Notes under the pieces: model-generated | The model's input: only the letters and a program-made list of their open reading frames with translations | What the model was told of the DNA's origin: nothing | The model's database searches: none | Position numbers and translations under genes: made by a program | Shown here: positions 11,277-23,579 of the stretch, piece by piece | Layout: every line of letters starts with the position of its first letter | Numbering within the stretch: position 1 is the first letter of the stretch | Source of the DNA: Octopus sinensis | Taxonomy: Eukaryota | Length of the DNA: 64,000 nucleotides | Assembly: GCF_006345805.1 (NCBI RefSeq) | Contig: NC_042998.1 | Location: 170,190,001 to 170,254,000 of the forward strand | Direction of reading: 5' to 3'

Positions 11277-12459
11277 CTATATGAACACCTAAAATTTTTC
11301 ATTAAATCCATTAAAATATTAATAATAAATATTATTTCCTAGTCTATGAACAACAAAACAAGAGCAAAATAGCAAAAAAGCATATACAGGGGTATTTGAA
11401 CTTAAGATGGGCTGGGATTTGTGCAATGGAGAGAGACGACGAATCACAGCTTTCTATTTTGTAATCTGGCCTGTGTAACAGTAACAATATTTTTAAAAAT
11501 CTAAAGTGTTATTGCTTAACAGTTGTGTTTGTTATTTATAGACTACTGTAATGGGTGAGTTGTTAACAGTACAGGGAGAGTTTTAAAAGTCCAAATACAC
11601 GTTAAATAAATACTGTAAATATGGTGTCCCTACTTTGCGGAAATTCAGTTATCGCAGCCGGTCTCGGAACAAATCTACTGCGATAAACAAGGGATCACTG
11701 TTCCATCAAACTATCGACAATGCTATATGCAAGTGAAAGAAGGAAGAAAAGAAAATCGTCAAAGAGTTGACTGTCTTTAAATAAAAGTCTTGGAGGAAAA
11801 TCCATAGAAATGAAGTTTTAAGAAGACTATTATCATGAAGACTTCAAGACCTGGTAAATGTACATAGAATGCATTTGGCTTGTCATGTTCTGCAACAACC
11901 AGATAATGAGTATGCAGAAACAAAATTAAGATGGACTCAAGTAAGATGAAAGAGAAGATAAAAAAAAACAACAAAAAAACTGAGGTCTCTTAACAGGCAC
12001 TGGGAAAACAATCAAGACAACAGAAGCAATGGAGGCTCTAGAGCATATGCTCTATATGCTGGTATGCAAGTGATGGATTAACTAACATCTTGTAGGCTGA
12101 GATTTTAGAACATATATCTTTGAGTTGGATTTTTCTGGATTACATTATGTTCTTCCTGAGATCCTTTCATGTCTTCTACTAGGATTAATTTCGGTGGCGG
12201 GGATTAGAGAAGTTGCGTTTTATATTTAAATCTGTCTAAATGCTATTGATATAACATCTGTATGTATGTATGTGTGTGTACACATGTACATATGTGCATA
12301 GATGTAGCTGGATGGTGAAATGTCCATGAAAACATGAGGAAATATTACCTTCAAAACAAGTGAGTGCTGGTGGTAGGAAGGGCATGTGGCCATAGAAAAT
12401 CTGTCACAACAAATCTGGTCCATGCAAGCATGGAAAATGGACATTTAAACGATGATATA

Positions 12460-12893
12460 CAGGGTGTCCCTCCAAAATTGACATCATTTCGCAGTCTAGT
12501 AATGTAGCCAATTCTCTCCCAAATGACCTCAAATTTTAACAAAATGTGTAAAAACTAAGTTTTGATCTGGCATGCCAGTGATAATGACAACGTACTGTTG
12601 AAATGACCACCAAGTTCACCCGACTTGACACCTTGTAATTTTTTTTCTATGGGGCTATGTTGAAGGATTGGTCTGTATCCCCCTCTTCCTATAAGCCTAG
12701 AGGAACTCAGCAGATAATCACTGAGGTGCTGGAGAATGTTACACAATAACATGCTACAACATGTTTGGCAGGAGCTGGACTACTTACTTGACATGTGTCA
12801 TGTCACAGATGGTGTGCATGATTTTATGTCTCGGACATGTAGTTGCTCAGATATTCACATTACAGATGATGCCAATTTTGGAGGTATACCCTG
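12460..12893 (+). mobile_element. Tc1/mariner-superfamily internal-deletion derivative (434 bp)
   Basis: TA|CAGGGTGTCCCTCCAAAATTGACATCAT and inverse GATGATGCCAATTTTGGAGGTATACCCTG|TA. Decayed transposase C-terminus (*PPSSPDLTPCNFFLWGY...LQHVWQELDYLLD) at about 12600-12800. Confidence 0.85.
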
Positions 12894-15170
12894 TATATGT
12901 AACTAAAAAAATTTGTTCCAGTGGAAGCCAGTGTTAATACTAGTCTGCATTGAGGTGTTTCTAATAGGTCAGCATCACTCTCTAAAACTGCTCATTAGTA
13001 TTTTGGTTAAAAATATTCTCCTGCGAGAGGAAATTCAAATTTTCCTTAATTATCATTGATTTTGTATTGCACTCACCCACATAACTAAATCTATTTATCA
13101 CAACTGTTCCATATCAAACAATTACTCAACTGTATTTAACATGCCCTTTTTATTTTGTGATTTCACAATTATTGTTCACCATGTTTCTGGCTTTCAAGTA
13201 AGAGAATAATTTGCTACTTAGTAAAACCTAAGTATGATTTACCTAGTATTTTTTTTCTCCTTGCTATAGTAATGTATCCTTCGTCAGTTTCAACAATGAA
13301 CATTCAGTTGTTCAATGAACTGATCTACTTTTTCATTTATACTAATATATGACTGAATATTCTGCAGAAAGTGTCTTCTTAGCCCATAGGCCAAATCAGT
13401 GTAAAAGAATATGAGACAAAGCTGTACTTTTGAATTACAAGCACAGTCCATCTAGTGGTCTTCTACATAGTTTCTGTTCTATCCAACTTCACTCTTGAGT
13501 TTATAGTAAAGATCTCTGCTCAATATGCCTTATATTGGGATTGAACCTGGGACGTCATATTGCAAAGATGAACTTTTATCTTCACTCTGCATTAAGAGTC
13601 TAATACTTCTTCAAATTCAGTTGTATAAATTTTTGAATTAAGAGATTTATTGATATAATCACTTCATCTGTAGATAAGAAAAGATATTTTCAGTTAAGTA
13701 CAGAGACACAAGTAGTCATATGACTTGTTCAGATCCTATACATTTTAAATTGTTCGCCTTTCATTATTGACTGGCTATGTTTTTCAGATTATTTTACATG
13801 CAAATCATATAAATATCAATAGTTTCTTCAGATATATTAGTGCTTTTTATCAAAATATCATGAACTAAATGAAGCTAGAATTTCAAAACTTATTTTCTCT
13901 CATAGAAAAATAATATTACATTTGACCCTAGTATTTGACTAGTACTTTATTTTATCAACCTCAGAATGATGAAAAGCAAAGTTCATTTCAGTAGGATTTA
14001 GTTACAAAATACAAACAGCTGAGTCTGACAGCCTGTCCATTTAGCTAACCACAATTATAAATGAAAATGAAATTAGATTTAAATAACCAGCTATTTTCAG
14101 AGTTTTAATACAAGTATAGTCTTATCTTGCTGAGAACTATTTAATGTTTCAAGTGTTGGTGCCACAAGAAAATGCACCCAGTATACTCTGGTTGGTGATA
14201 AGGATATCAAGCCATAGAAACCAAGCCAAATGACATGTACCAGTTAATGGGAGCAATAGTCCTAATAAGAAATGACTTGGACTGTAGCAAACCCTCCAGT
14301 GGATAATGAGCATATTATAACAACACTAATAGTGATGGTCATAGTGATTTTGTTGGAGAAAAGAGATTTCAAAATTCAAGCACCATTTAGCACATAATTC
14401 TTTAATAGGACCTTATGGAGGAGGTACCTGGTGACTCTGCTCCTACAACCATCCCAGGAATCATGGGTAAAGAAGATAGATGGATGAAGGATCTGAACAA
14501 ATTTTATGGCTGTACCTATCTCTCTACTTTTGTTGGCTTATGAATCATTCTTAGTCCACAATTGAAGTGACTATATCAGTAACCCAATGGATTTCCATAT
14601 TTGCTTGTAATAACAAAAGCTCCTTTATATTTGTTTTGTTTAGTTGCTAAATCAGGAAGGAGAGTAGTGCATATGACCCATTTTTTTAGGACCTCCAAGA
14701 CTGATGGTAGGGAGGGTGGAGGGTGGCAGGTATCCTCAAATTAGGAACTTGGCCCTCATACATAGGTTTAAGCACCCAACACTACATTGAATTCTTTGAC
14801 AAGATATTTTCCCATACACTGACCTGATCTACATACCTGTAAGATCAAATCTACCTTGTTGTAAGTCGGTATCATAGGACCCTACAACTTGTTATTGTAA
14901 ATAGCAGGAACATTGTATAATTGATGAACACTTTGCTTGCCATACTGATTTTTTTTTTTCTATGGATACAGCATTAGGAAAAATTTTGTTTAACCTGTCT
15001 TTGTCTAGGTACACTACATAGATGTAATGTTTTCTGTAGATTCTTGCTCCCAAAAGATTATCAGACTCACAATGGCAAACAAATAATGATTAATTATGAG
15101 AAGTATAGAGATAGTCTAATTTTGAATGATGAAATAAGTCATCTACTTGGAGTCAAAATTAGAAATATTA

Positions 15171-15500
15171 TCATCATCATTATTATCATCGTTTAATGTC
15201 CACCTTCCATGTTGGCATGGATTGGATAGTTTGACAGGTGCTGACCAGGTAGAAGACTACCTCAGGCATCTGTGCCTGTTTTGGCATAGTTTTTTATGGT
15301 TGGATGCTTTTCCTAACACCAACCACCCCACAGGGTGGACTGAGTGCTTTTTATGTGGCACCAGCACAGGCAAGGTCAGTTTTGGCATGGTTTTTACAGC
15401 TGGATGCCCTTCCATATGCCAACCATTTCTCAATGTGGATTGGATGCTTTTCACATGGCACCCTCAACAGCAGGGTCACCAAGTAACTTGCAAGACAAGG
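15171..15500 (-). mobile_element. RTE 3'-end repeat (family A)
   Basis: (CAT)n tail plus gtttaatgtccaccttccatgttggcatggg...ggatgcttttcctaacaccaaccac, similar to 8128-8538. Confidence 0.75.
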
Positions 15501-17287
15501 AATTTTTGAGAGGGAAGGGAGCATTATATTTAAATTTAATAGCTGCTGGTTTTGCAAAAATGAGAAAGTTATTATTACTATAACTTAGTAATTATTCACG
15601 TTAATTCCCACTTTGCACTTCTGAAAGCTCTGCATCTGGGTCAACATCTGCAAATTAATAGTTTGTCTGGTATTTCAGCCTCCTGTACTCTGGGGTGTTA
15701 TTTTTTCTTTATATTTAATTTCCACTAATAAGCAAAATGTTAAAATACCTTGCATGCTCTTTTCCATGTACTTCCTATTAATTCAGTGTAAAACTCTTTG
15801 TATGTGCATACATATACATGCATATGCAAGTGTTCATTCATTGCAGAAAGTGTACCATAAAGATTATTTAATTATTGAAATATTAAGTTATATTGATCAG
15901 TATTATAGCTGTCCTTCAAATATAAAAATCTTTTGTGATACAAATAATACTGTATAATCCCTACTTTTTTCTTTGGTCAGTAAGTGTTATTTCCTATTTG
16001 TGTCTATCTAGAAATCAAAGGAAATGACTACTATTCCCTTCAAACTTTGCTTTTGTGATTTGGATATCAAATGTTTTGAAACTTACCTAGTTTCCATTAC
16101 ATTTCAGACAAATTAAGCACTGAGTTGCTGAAGCAGAAATATCATTAAAGCAAATATTCTGCTCAATACCACAGATTTGCTTGTCAGTTGCTTGGCTGTA
16201 ACCACTTGAGCATGTACCTTAGCGACTGACATGTGCATCTCTGATCACAAGTAACAGTAGTTGGGGAGCATCATATCCATGTTTTGAGAGGGATTCTTTA
16301 GGGTTTGAATAAATGTAACAAAAACAATGTTTGAAGGAAATATTAGCCATTTTTCATACTTTCTGAGGCTAAGCAAATAGAAAATAACAGTTGCTACCCA
16401 AGGACAAAAACCTTTGTTACACAGTGTAATTATGTGCAATTAATCACCATAGATTTCCTAGCAGTAATTATTAAGCTTAGGCTGGTGACAACTACTATAT
16501 TTTCTGTGCATGCATTTCTTGTAACAATAGCAGCTAAGTAGAAGGATCAATCTATTAGGCTTTGTGAAAAGCACCTGATAGATAAGTAGCAAAGATGTTC
16601 TAATCCTAATAAGGAATTTGGATATCACATTATAAAACATCATGACATACACTGATGTCTGTAGTGGCTGTGTATGTGATAGAAGAAATTTTAAAGGAGT
16701 AAGTCTTAACCTTTATGTGTAAATTCATTTGCATCACGGACATGCGAGTCTTGCTCCTTCAAAATTTCTTTTACTACATATACAGCCTCTCCATACATCA
16801 GTGTATGACACAATGTTTTATAATGTGATATTAAAATTTCTTTTATATAAACCAGACAATCATTTAGTCACCAACTAATAAAATGGGTTTAGGAATCAGA
16901 TTTACATCATCCTAACCTGGAAAAGAGGCAGACAAATGGTCATGACCACTAGGTCCTCTAACATAGAGTAATACTTTGTGGATTCAGATTGAAAATGAGG
17001 ATAAGTGAAACTACAACATGAGTGTAGTAGTTGAAAGATGCTATTGTGAGTTGAAGTACAGCTTCAGGTTAAATAAATGCTGTACATTATTTCATTTTAT
17101 CTCTATTTTCTTGATTCAAACTCACTCAAAGAGATGAAGGATAGAGACAAATTCTTCTTAACCTTAAACGAATGCTGATGTAAAAACATAAAATAATGAA
17201 TAAGGATTGTTTCTATGATATGTAGGTTACTTCATAGTCTCTACTTCATCTAACAGTGCACCAACTTCCAACACACACTCCAAACTG

Positions 17288-17432
17288 TTTTCAGTTTCCA
17301 TCTAACTGATCCATTCACAAGGCTTCGGTTGGCCTAGGATTATAGTAGAAGACACTTGGCCAGGATGTCACACTGAGATCAAATTCAAAATCATGTGACT
17401 GGGGAGCAGACTTCTTAACCACACAGCCATGT
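17288..17432 (-). mobile_element. SINE family C 5' half
   Basis: ttttcagtttccatctaac...tatagtagaagacacttggcc...ttaaccacacagccatgt is the reverse complement of the head at 10180. Related copies at about 5740-5880, 34480-34610, 40660-40800 and 43030-43190. Confidence 0.75.
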
Positions 17433-19689
17433 CTGCACCACAATTGTAATATGATATAAAATATTGAAAAGATGAAAATGGTATTCTTTAATTCAGTAGG
17501 CTTTGTTTTGTTAAAATTGCTGCAGGGGTTTAAATTATAAATTTATGTCTAATACTGATAATTACATACCACATGTTGACAATTTCACTTTCGAAATGTT
17601 TTATTTTATTATGCTTTTACATGTTAACCACATACACTCGTAGAAACTGTATAAGTCAGCAAGAGAGTCTCTACATCAGTGATTCTCCATGTTTTGTTGC
17701 TCAACACTCTCATCTTTATACTTTACAAAATAATAGTAACAATAAATAGGATCAAATAAGTGTACACATTGTGGATGATTTTTTTCTTCTTTACCTGTTG
17801 ATCTTTATATGTTGTCATGTCACTTTCCAAGGTAGGTTGAATATTGGTAAGTTCATTACATGTAGGTGTTTTCATATATATTTACAAGATATCAGTTTCT
17901 GGTCATTGTCTTATCTCAGCTGAATCTGTGTTCCAGTAGTCTCTGTGACTCCCTTGAGAAAAAGCATTCCAAAACATGCCTTTATTATGATCAACTTTAT
18001 GATAACTTCACTCCTGTTCAGAATCCATAAATCTCCGATATCACTTAGATTGTTGGTGTGTACAGATGATGCTGAAATATCACTTTAATTATTTTTGCTA
18101 ATTCCAAGCCCTCTTTCTCTAAAAATAGAAGGAAGAAAAATAAAAATCCAAAGAAGTTCAATCATTGAAGCAAAAAATAAACACATTTTGCAAACAGGAA
18201 GTCTTTTAACTGTAAATTCTTTCTAAAGTGTAGTTAAATTTTGCGGCCCACATGGAAGAGTGCATAATACCTGTTCTGGGGTCACAAACAACAGCACAAT
18301 CTGAATTATAGTTGTGTGTACTATGTGAATTGTAATTATCATGACTCGACAACCGTTGCAGTTACTTATAGTACAAGACTTTAAGAGTTAAAACTACCAA
18401 GTTCAAAACTGTAAATGGGGAGACTTGAGGCTCTGTACTGAACAGAGCCAGAAGTCTCTTCTTTTACAGTTTCATAATCTATTACTCTGTTTAGCTAACA
18501 GTTGTACTACTACTATGCTCAACCCTTTCTCAGCCAAGTATGTGAAAGAAAATATTACCAGCAGTTTTATTTCTTTTCAAAGATAGAGATGTTTATTTTG
18601 TTCTGTCACTGATAACAGAAAGTTTTATTTATATTCTATTCACAACCAAGGTAGAGTGTCCTGTTGATATTAACCATTTTCTTGTGCATTACAATACTTT
18701 CTAGAGAACACTTTTACCCAGGTTAAGACACACTCCACTTACTAGAAATAACAATCAAATCCCTTTCAAATCGCATCTTTCTGTCTTAGAGAATGGTGTT
18801 AGATAATGTGGTCACGGGTGTCTTTCACATAAGAAAAAGATGGATGGTCATGGCTGGAATCCTTTGATCATAAGAGGTCTGTTTGGTCAGGGCTAACTGG
18901 AATTCAACAACAGCCTGCATGTGGTTGCTCATAGCAGCCAAGGTTCACTCAGCAAATGGCATACACATAGTCATTTACTCACCTAACTGTTTACTTCATT
19001 AAACATAACTTGGATCAGTTTACTTAACTATTCCTCCCACTTTCCTTTTCTTAGGCATTTATAAACTCAAAATAACATTAAAACTTAAGGAAGTTAGAAA
19101 GCTACAGAGTAGTGAAATATGGGAGTGCTCTGCTTTGCTGAGAGTTTGCTCTGGCATTCCACCACTATGATATTTCTTGTCTTCATCTTCCCAATTGCTA
19201 CTATGTATGTATCTCTCCCCCTTTATAATGTGGGGTAGCAGTGTATCTTATCTATAGCAACACACCTATGCTTGTCCCTCTGTCATACTTTAAGCTTTCA
19301 ACACCTAATATAAAACCACCTCCTCCTTCCTAATACTCCACCACCACGACTCATCGTGGCGGGGGGGGGGGGGGGTAGCTTTTGTCTTTCCTATTCTTTT
19401 CTGTCTTACAACTTAGCTGGCAATCTCACTAGCACCCAATACACACTCTAAGGTGGTTGGTGTTAAATAGGGCATCAAACCATAGAAAACCTACCAAAGC
19501 AGACACAAGAGCTTGGCACAGCTGTGTGGCTTACCAGATCTTCGGTTGGCCTAGGATTATAGTAGAAGACACTTGGCCAGGATGTCACACTGAGATCAAA
19601 TTCAAAACCATGTGACTGGGGAGCAGACTTCTTAACCACACAGCCATGTTTTTATTATTTTTTTCTCAAAGAAAAGTCTTTATTCTCAA

Positions 19690-20210
19690 CTGGAAAGGAT
19701 GAATGGATGCAAGTTCTGACGTTTCTTACTGAAGTAAAGAATCTTCTGCAAAATCTCGACTTGGCATTGCTGGGGAAGAACATAATTGTTTCTGATCTTA
19801 CTCAGTAAGAGAGTAAATTCATTCTGTGGTATTGAAATATAAGACTATAAATTGTAAGATACTGCTTCACCTGTCTAGTAAATCCATTCTTAAATGATGT
19901 GTCAGTGCAAGATGTCTGATTCTTTAGCATCTGGTTTCATAATCAACTACTGTAGAAATGGAAATCCCAGTTTGTAATCAAGTTCTGGAAACAAATTCCA
20001 GAAATAATATATTCTAAACTACAGAAAACTAGTGCGAAATCCATCTCAGTTGTCAGCGCAACATGCTACTTTGAATCACTATCTGTAATTAAGTTTGTGA
20101 AGTTGAAGTATCATGCAAATCCTTAATAACCACTTGGCAGAACTAATTTGTTCAACCATGACAGCATATCACCTGGATTTTCAATGATTTACAGCCAAGA
20201 TAGAGACCCA
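19690..20210 (+). mobile_element. Decayed hAT (Charlie/SPIN/GTF2IRD2-like) transposase fragment
   Basis: Reads DEWMQVLTFLTEVKNLLQNLDLALLGKNIIVSDL (compare W..DLAFLTD...LN.LNL.LQGK) and SATCYFESLSVIKFVKLKY (compare C-terminal dimerisation motif STY.CE..FS.MK..KSK). Multiple stops. Confidence 0.6.
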
Positions 20211-20619
20211 TAAGAGCTCTTACTTGCAGTAAATAATCTGATAATTGTAGCATTGTCTGTTTGTCATAAAAATTTTACAAGAGTGTAATTAGTGGTATCT
20301 GATTGAAATATCTCTAAGTTTATTAGTTTTTTTTGTTTTTTTTAAATACATTTCCCTCATGTTTTCAGATATTTAAAGACAAATATCAATAAGAAATTAA
20401 TTTTTTGTTTTAGTTTATTTACTGAAATGCAAATTACTATTTTTCTAAGATGTTCTCATAGTTTATTATTGTATTAAAGCCACTCAATCACCAGTCAAAA
20501 TTTTTAAAGCATTTGGTATATATGTATACTTGGTAATGACTGAAACTAAATCACATTATCAATTACATTTACGAGTGAATATTATTATTGTGTACATGTA
20601 TATCTGAAACCAAGTGAAA

Positions 20620-21050
20620 TCAGGGTCGTGGCTGGCACTGGTGTCACATAACTGGTACCCATGCTGGTGGCATGTAAAAAGCACCTTTTGAGTGTTGGGC
20701 CTCACGGACACAAAGTAGTTGTTTCTGGTGGCAGGTAGAAAGCTCCTTTCGAGTGTTGGGCTTCATGGAGGCAATGACTGAGACTTTTGGCATTATGTTG
20801 TACTTGAGAAGAAGACCCATCAAGCCAAATAAAATTGCAGTCATGGCAGATACTGGTGTCATGCTAATGGCACCTGTACTGGTGGCACATAAAAGCACCC
20901 ATTACTCTCTTGGGGTGGTTAGCATTAGGAAGGACATCCAGTTGTAGAAACCATGCCAAATCAGACTGGAGTCTGGTGCAGCTTCCCAGCCTTGATCAAA
21001 CCATCCAACCTATGCCAGCATGGACAACGGACATTAAATGATGATGATGA
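20620..21050 (+). mobile_element. RTE 3' end (family A) including the last coding codons
   Basis: atgactgagacttttggcattatgttgtacttgagaagaagaccc resembles an RTE C-terminus and runs into the family-A body and (ATG)n tail. This suggests family A is an RTE 3' UTR. Confidence 0.7.
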
Positions 21051-21319
21051 AGAATATAAACTTGTATGTAAATATTGTTCATATCTTGTAACTCAAACAT
21101 CTGTAGTTTATCACATGTGGCTCTTACGAGCAAGTTTGTTCTACCCGATACTAGCCTTTGCATTTGAGTGTGAGTGTGCACATGAACATTTACATGTGTA
21201 TGTAATGTTGGTGTTTTTATTGTAGTTTCTCAACCTATACTGCACACATGCTAACTGTAATCATTGATGGATTGTCACTTTCCAATAACTAATGATAATA
21301 ATTTATATGTATGCAAGTC

Positions 21320-21673
21320 AGAAAGGAGCATTCGTAATCTTTGTAGGTCCTCTCAGAGTAGTGGAATTGATGTTCAGTTTGAGCTTCCTGTAAACTGATG
21401 CCTGGTGGGAGGACATTGGTAGACAAGAGAGGAATTCTAAGGGTTGCACCTTAGAAAGGAATGATTGGGAAAAGTGTCTGTTGTGTGGTCTGAAAGGTAA
21501 AGGCAATGAGTTTGGGCAGCAGGTGTGCCAAAGAGGTGATGATAAGCAGCTTAAGTTCAGAAGTGTGGAAGTCATTGTAGTTGCAGTAAAACTAGCTGAG
21601 AGAAGAAATAGTCAGACTTGTGAGATAGTAATTGTAACATTCTAGTGGATTTTTGCCAATTAGCTAAACTCAC

Positions 21674-21761
<88 letters not shown>

Positions 21762-22400
21762 TTTGTAGCAGCAGCAGCAGCATCCTAAGTGTGAGAGCAC
21801 TTTTCCAAAGGTGCAAGATTAAAATATGTTCTGGCTTCTGCAGTGGAAGCCTAGTCTTTAAAATGCATGGCCTCTGAGAGATCATCAGAGATTATGAATT
21901 TTGAGGGCATTGCTTGTGTGTTCAAGCATAGGAAGAATGTGTTGTGAATCTAATATGTCTAGTATTCGTTAGGTTTCCAGTCCCCATTGAAATTGTTTTC
22001 AAGGTTTCTATTCATGTCAGCATTGTAAGTCTGACATAAACTGGTTAGGTTGGAGGTGAATGATATTTGTGTGCTGCAAAAGGTTTTAAATGTGGAGAGT
22101 GGTATCATCTACATAGAAGGGTATGTATTTATAAGTATCAGCAAGTAGATCATTAATGTACAATGGGAAGCATAACCAAACTGTGGAGTACTCTTAGTAG
22201 ATAGACTATATGTCAAGAGAGAGACCTATCAGTGTATACTGCACTGAAATTGTCTGACAGAAAACTTAACTGTACAGTGCACTTTTAAAAGTTAACAAAG
22301 AACAGGATATGCCTTTCTATTACCATTGATAATGAATAACTTGTGAGGTTTGATCTTTTGATAAGGCAATATTAATGCAATGTAGAAGTATTTAGTTAAG
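21320..22400 (-). mobile_element. CR1/L2-clade LINE reverse-transcriptase remnant interrupted by an (AG)n microsatellite
   Basis: YINDLLADTYKYIPFYVDDTTLH (YADD-like motif at 22104-22115), LEKCSHT*DAAAA (compare MEYCSHIW), SQSFLSK...YRKLKLNIN. Confidence 0.75.
21668..21760. repeat. (CT)n microsatellite
   Basis: About 90 bp of near-pure CT dinucleotide repeat. Confidence 0.95.
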
Positions 22401-23579
22401 CACTCTATTTAAAACAACAAAATCAGTGAATGTTTCACCAGAAAGGACAATATCTGGCTCAAACCTCTCAGTTTGTGGCCTCCAGACACAAAAAAAATGT
22501 TACCTAATTTCTTTCGTTAAAAAGAAAAGTGAAGATGCATCTTTATGATAGACTTGACAGAAAACATAATCTGCTCTATACGTTGCAGTAATTGTTTAAC
22601 ATAAGCTCACAGTCAAGAGAGAGAGAATACACTTAAGGGTAGCCACCATGAATTCCAGCAGTAAGCTGCAATTAATCATTCACCCATACATTATAGAAAC
22701 ACTGTTTTTTTTTTACAGGGATCATAAATTGCCACTATGACATAATTACTTTTTCAGCCAGACCTTTTTACCTACAGAATTTAAAGACATGTTCAGGAGA
22801 GCAGAAACTTTGATTAAAAACTATGCAACACAACTTCTGTTCTAAAATACCCACAAATCATGCTCTAAAGTGGTTTATGGTAGGAAAGGCAGTTACTTGT
22901 AAAAAGTTATGCAAAAAAGGGAAGAACAGGGATGAAAGCCAATGAGGGTGAAGGAAACTGTCTTTAGGTTTCTCTCAAAGATAATCTTTCTAGTTCAACA
23001 AAGATGTCCGTATTTTTCCATTGCAATGTGTGTGATTACAAATCTGGTTGAGCACCTTGGCAGTACTGCCAGGCCAAGGATTTCTAGAAGTTATCCATTT
23101 TACTCAACCCAGAAGTCCTCTATGCAATCACAATCACACCAGTTATTCTCAAAAGTTTAGACCTAGACTTTGATGTTCATTTAAGGAGGTCATCATGTGA
23201 AATTTCTAGCAACAAATTTCAAACCTTGTGACAATGCTTCATAATCCAAACAGCAGCATCCTTTTTAGGTGAGATTCTTTCAGTCCGGGTTTTGTATTTA
23301 GTTGTTCAACAACCTACCAAACATGCAAGGGCAACATACGCAATCACAAACTAGCAAAAATGATCTCTCTTCATATAAGAGTTCATGTTATCTTGTTAGA
23401 GTAATCCTTTGGGATTACTGGTTAGCTTATTTCTAAGAGAGCTAGCTGTAAGGGTATTAAATTTTGATGGCATTTTTATTTTACTCATTGTGTGTGTAAA
23501 ATAATCTTACATCTTCAAGAAATATTGATGTTAATGCTATTGTTACATTTAAAAATGCTCTCTTTTCTCTTTCTCTCTC

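Larger units (their letters stand above)
8078..11700 (+). mobile_element. pogo/Tigger-type (TcMar) non-autonomous element: left end 8078-~8127, right arm ~11366-11700, with 3.2 kb of cargo between
   Basis: TA|CAGTGATCCCT at 8078 and its inverse AGGGATCACTG ending at 11700. Subterminal motifs ctactttgcggatt...ttcgcggattttt (left) and atggtgtccctactttgcggaaattcagttatcgc...cgataaacaagggatcactg (right) are typical of Tigger-like MITEs. The right flank is TT, not TA. Confidence 0.65.

Noticed and set aside
15600-15647. Minus-strand 48-nt candidate exon (MLTQMQSFQKCKVGIN) that would splice in phase 0 to the beta-catenin exon
   Set aside because: No similarity to the beta-catenin N-terminus and a weak donor (C|GTGAAT). 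A phase match has a 1-in-3 chance.
17226-17290. Ser/Thr-rich plus-strand stretch (VSTSSNSAPTSNTHSK) as a possible extra RPRD2 exon
   Set aside because: No credible donor; it runs into a SINE and a stop.
17880-18119. Strong minus-strand acceptor (ttttcttccttctatttttag) with exon-like sequence
   Set aside because: Stops in all three frames and no recognisable product. An antisense non-coding exon cannot be supported without RNA data.
18981-19200. Minus-strand GTGAGT donor and a short MPKKRKVGGIVK peptide resembling an NLS
   Set aside because: 12 codons followed by a stop, with no supporting context; likely chance.
19361-19375. G15 homopolymer as a possible G-quadruplex
   Set aside because: An isolated homopolymer inside a decayed repeat, with no evidence of function and prone to sequencing length error.
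22740-23300. Coding-like composition with faint LINE RT resemblance
   Set aside because: No motif clear enough to assign by eye; it needs blastx.
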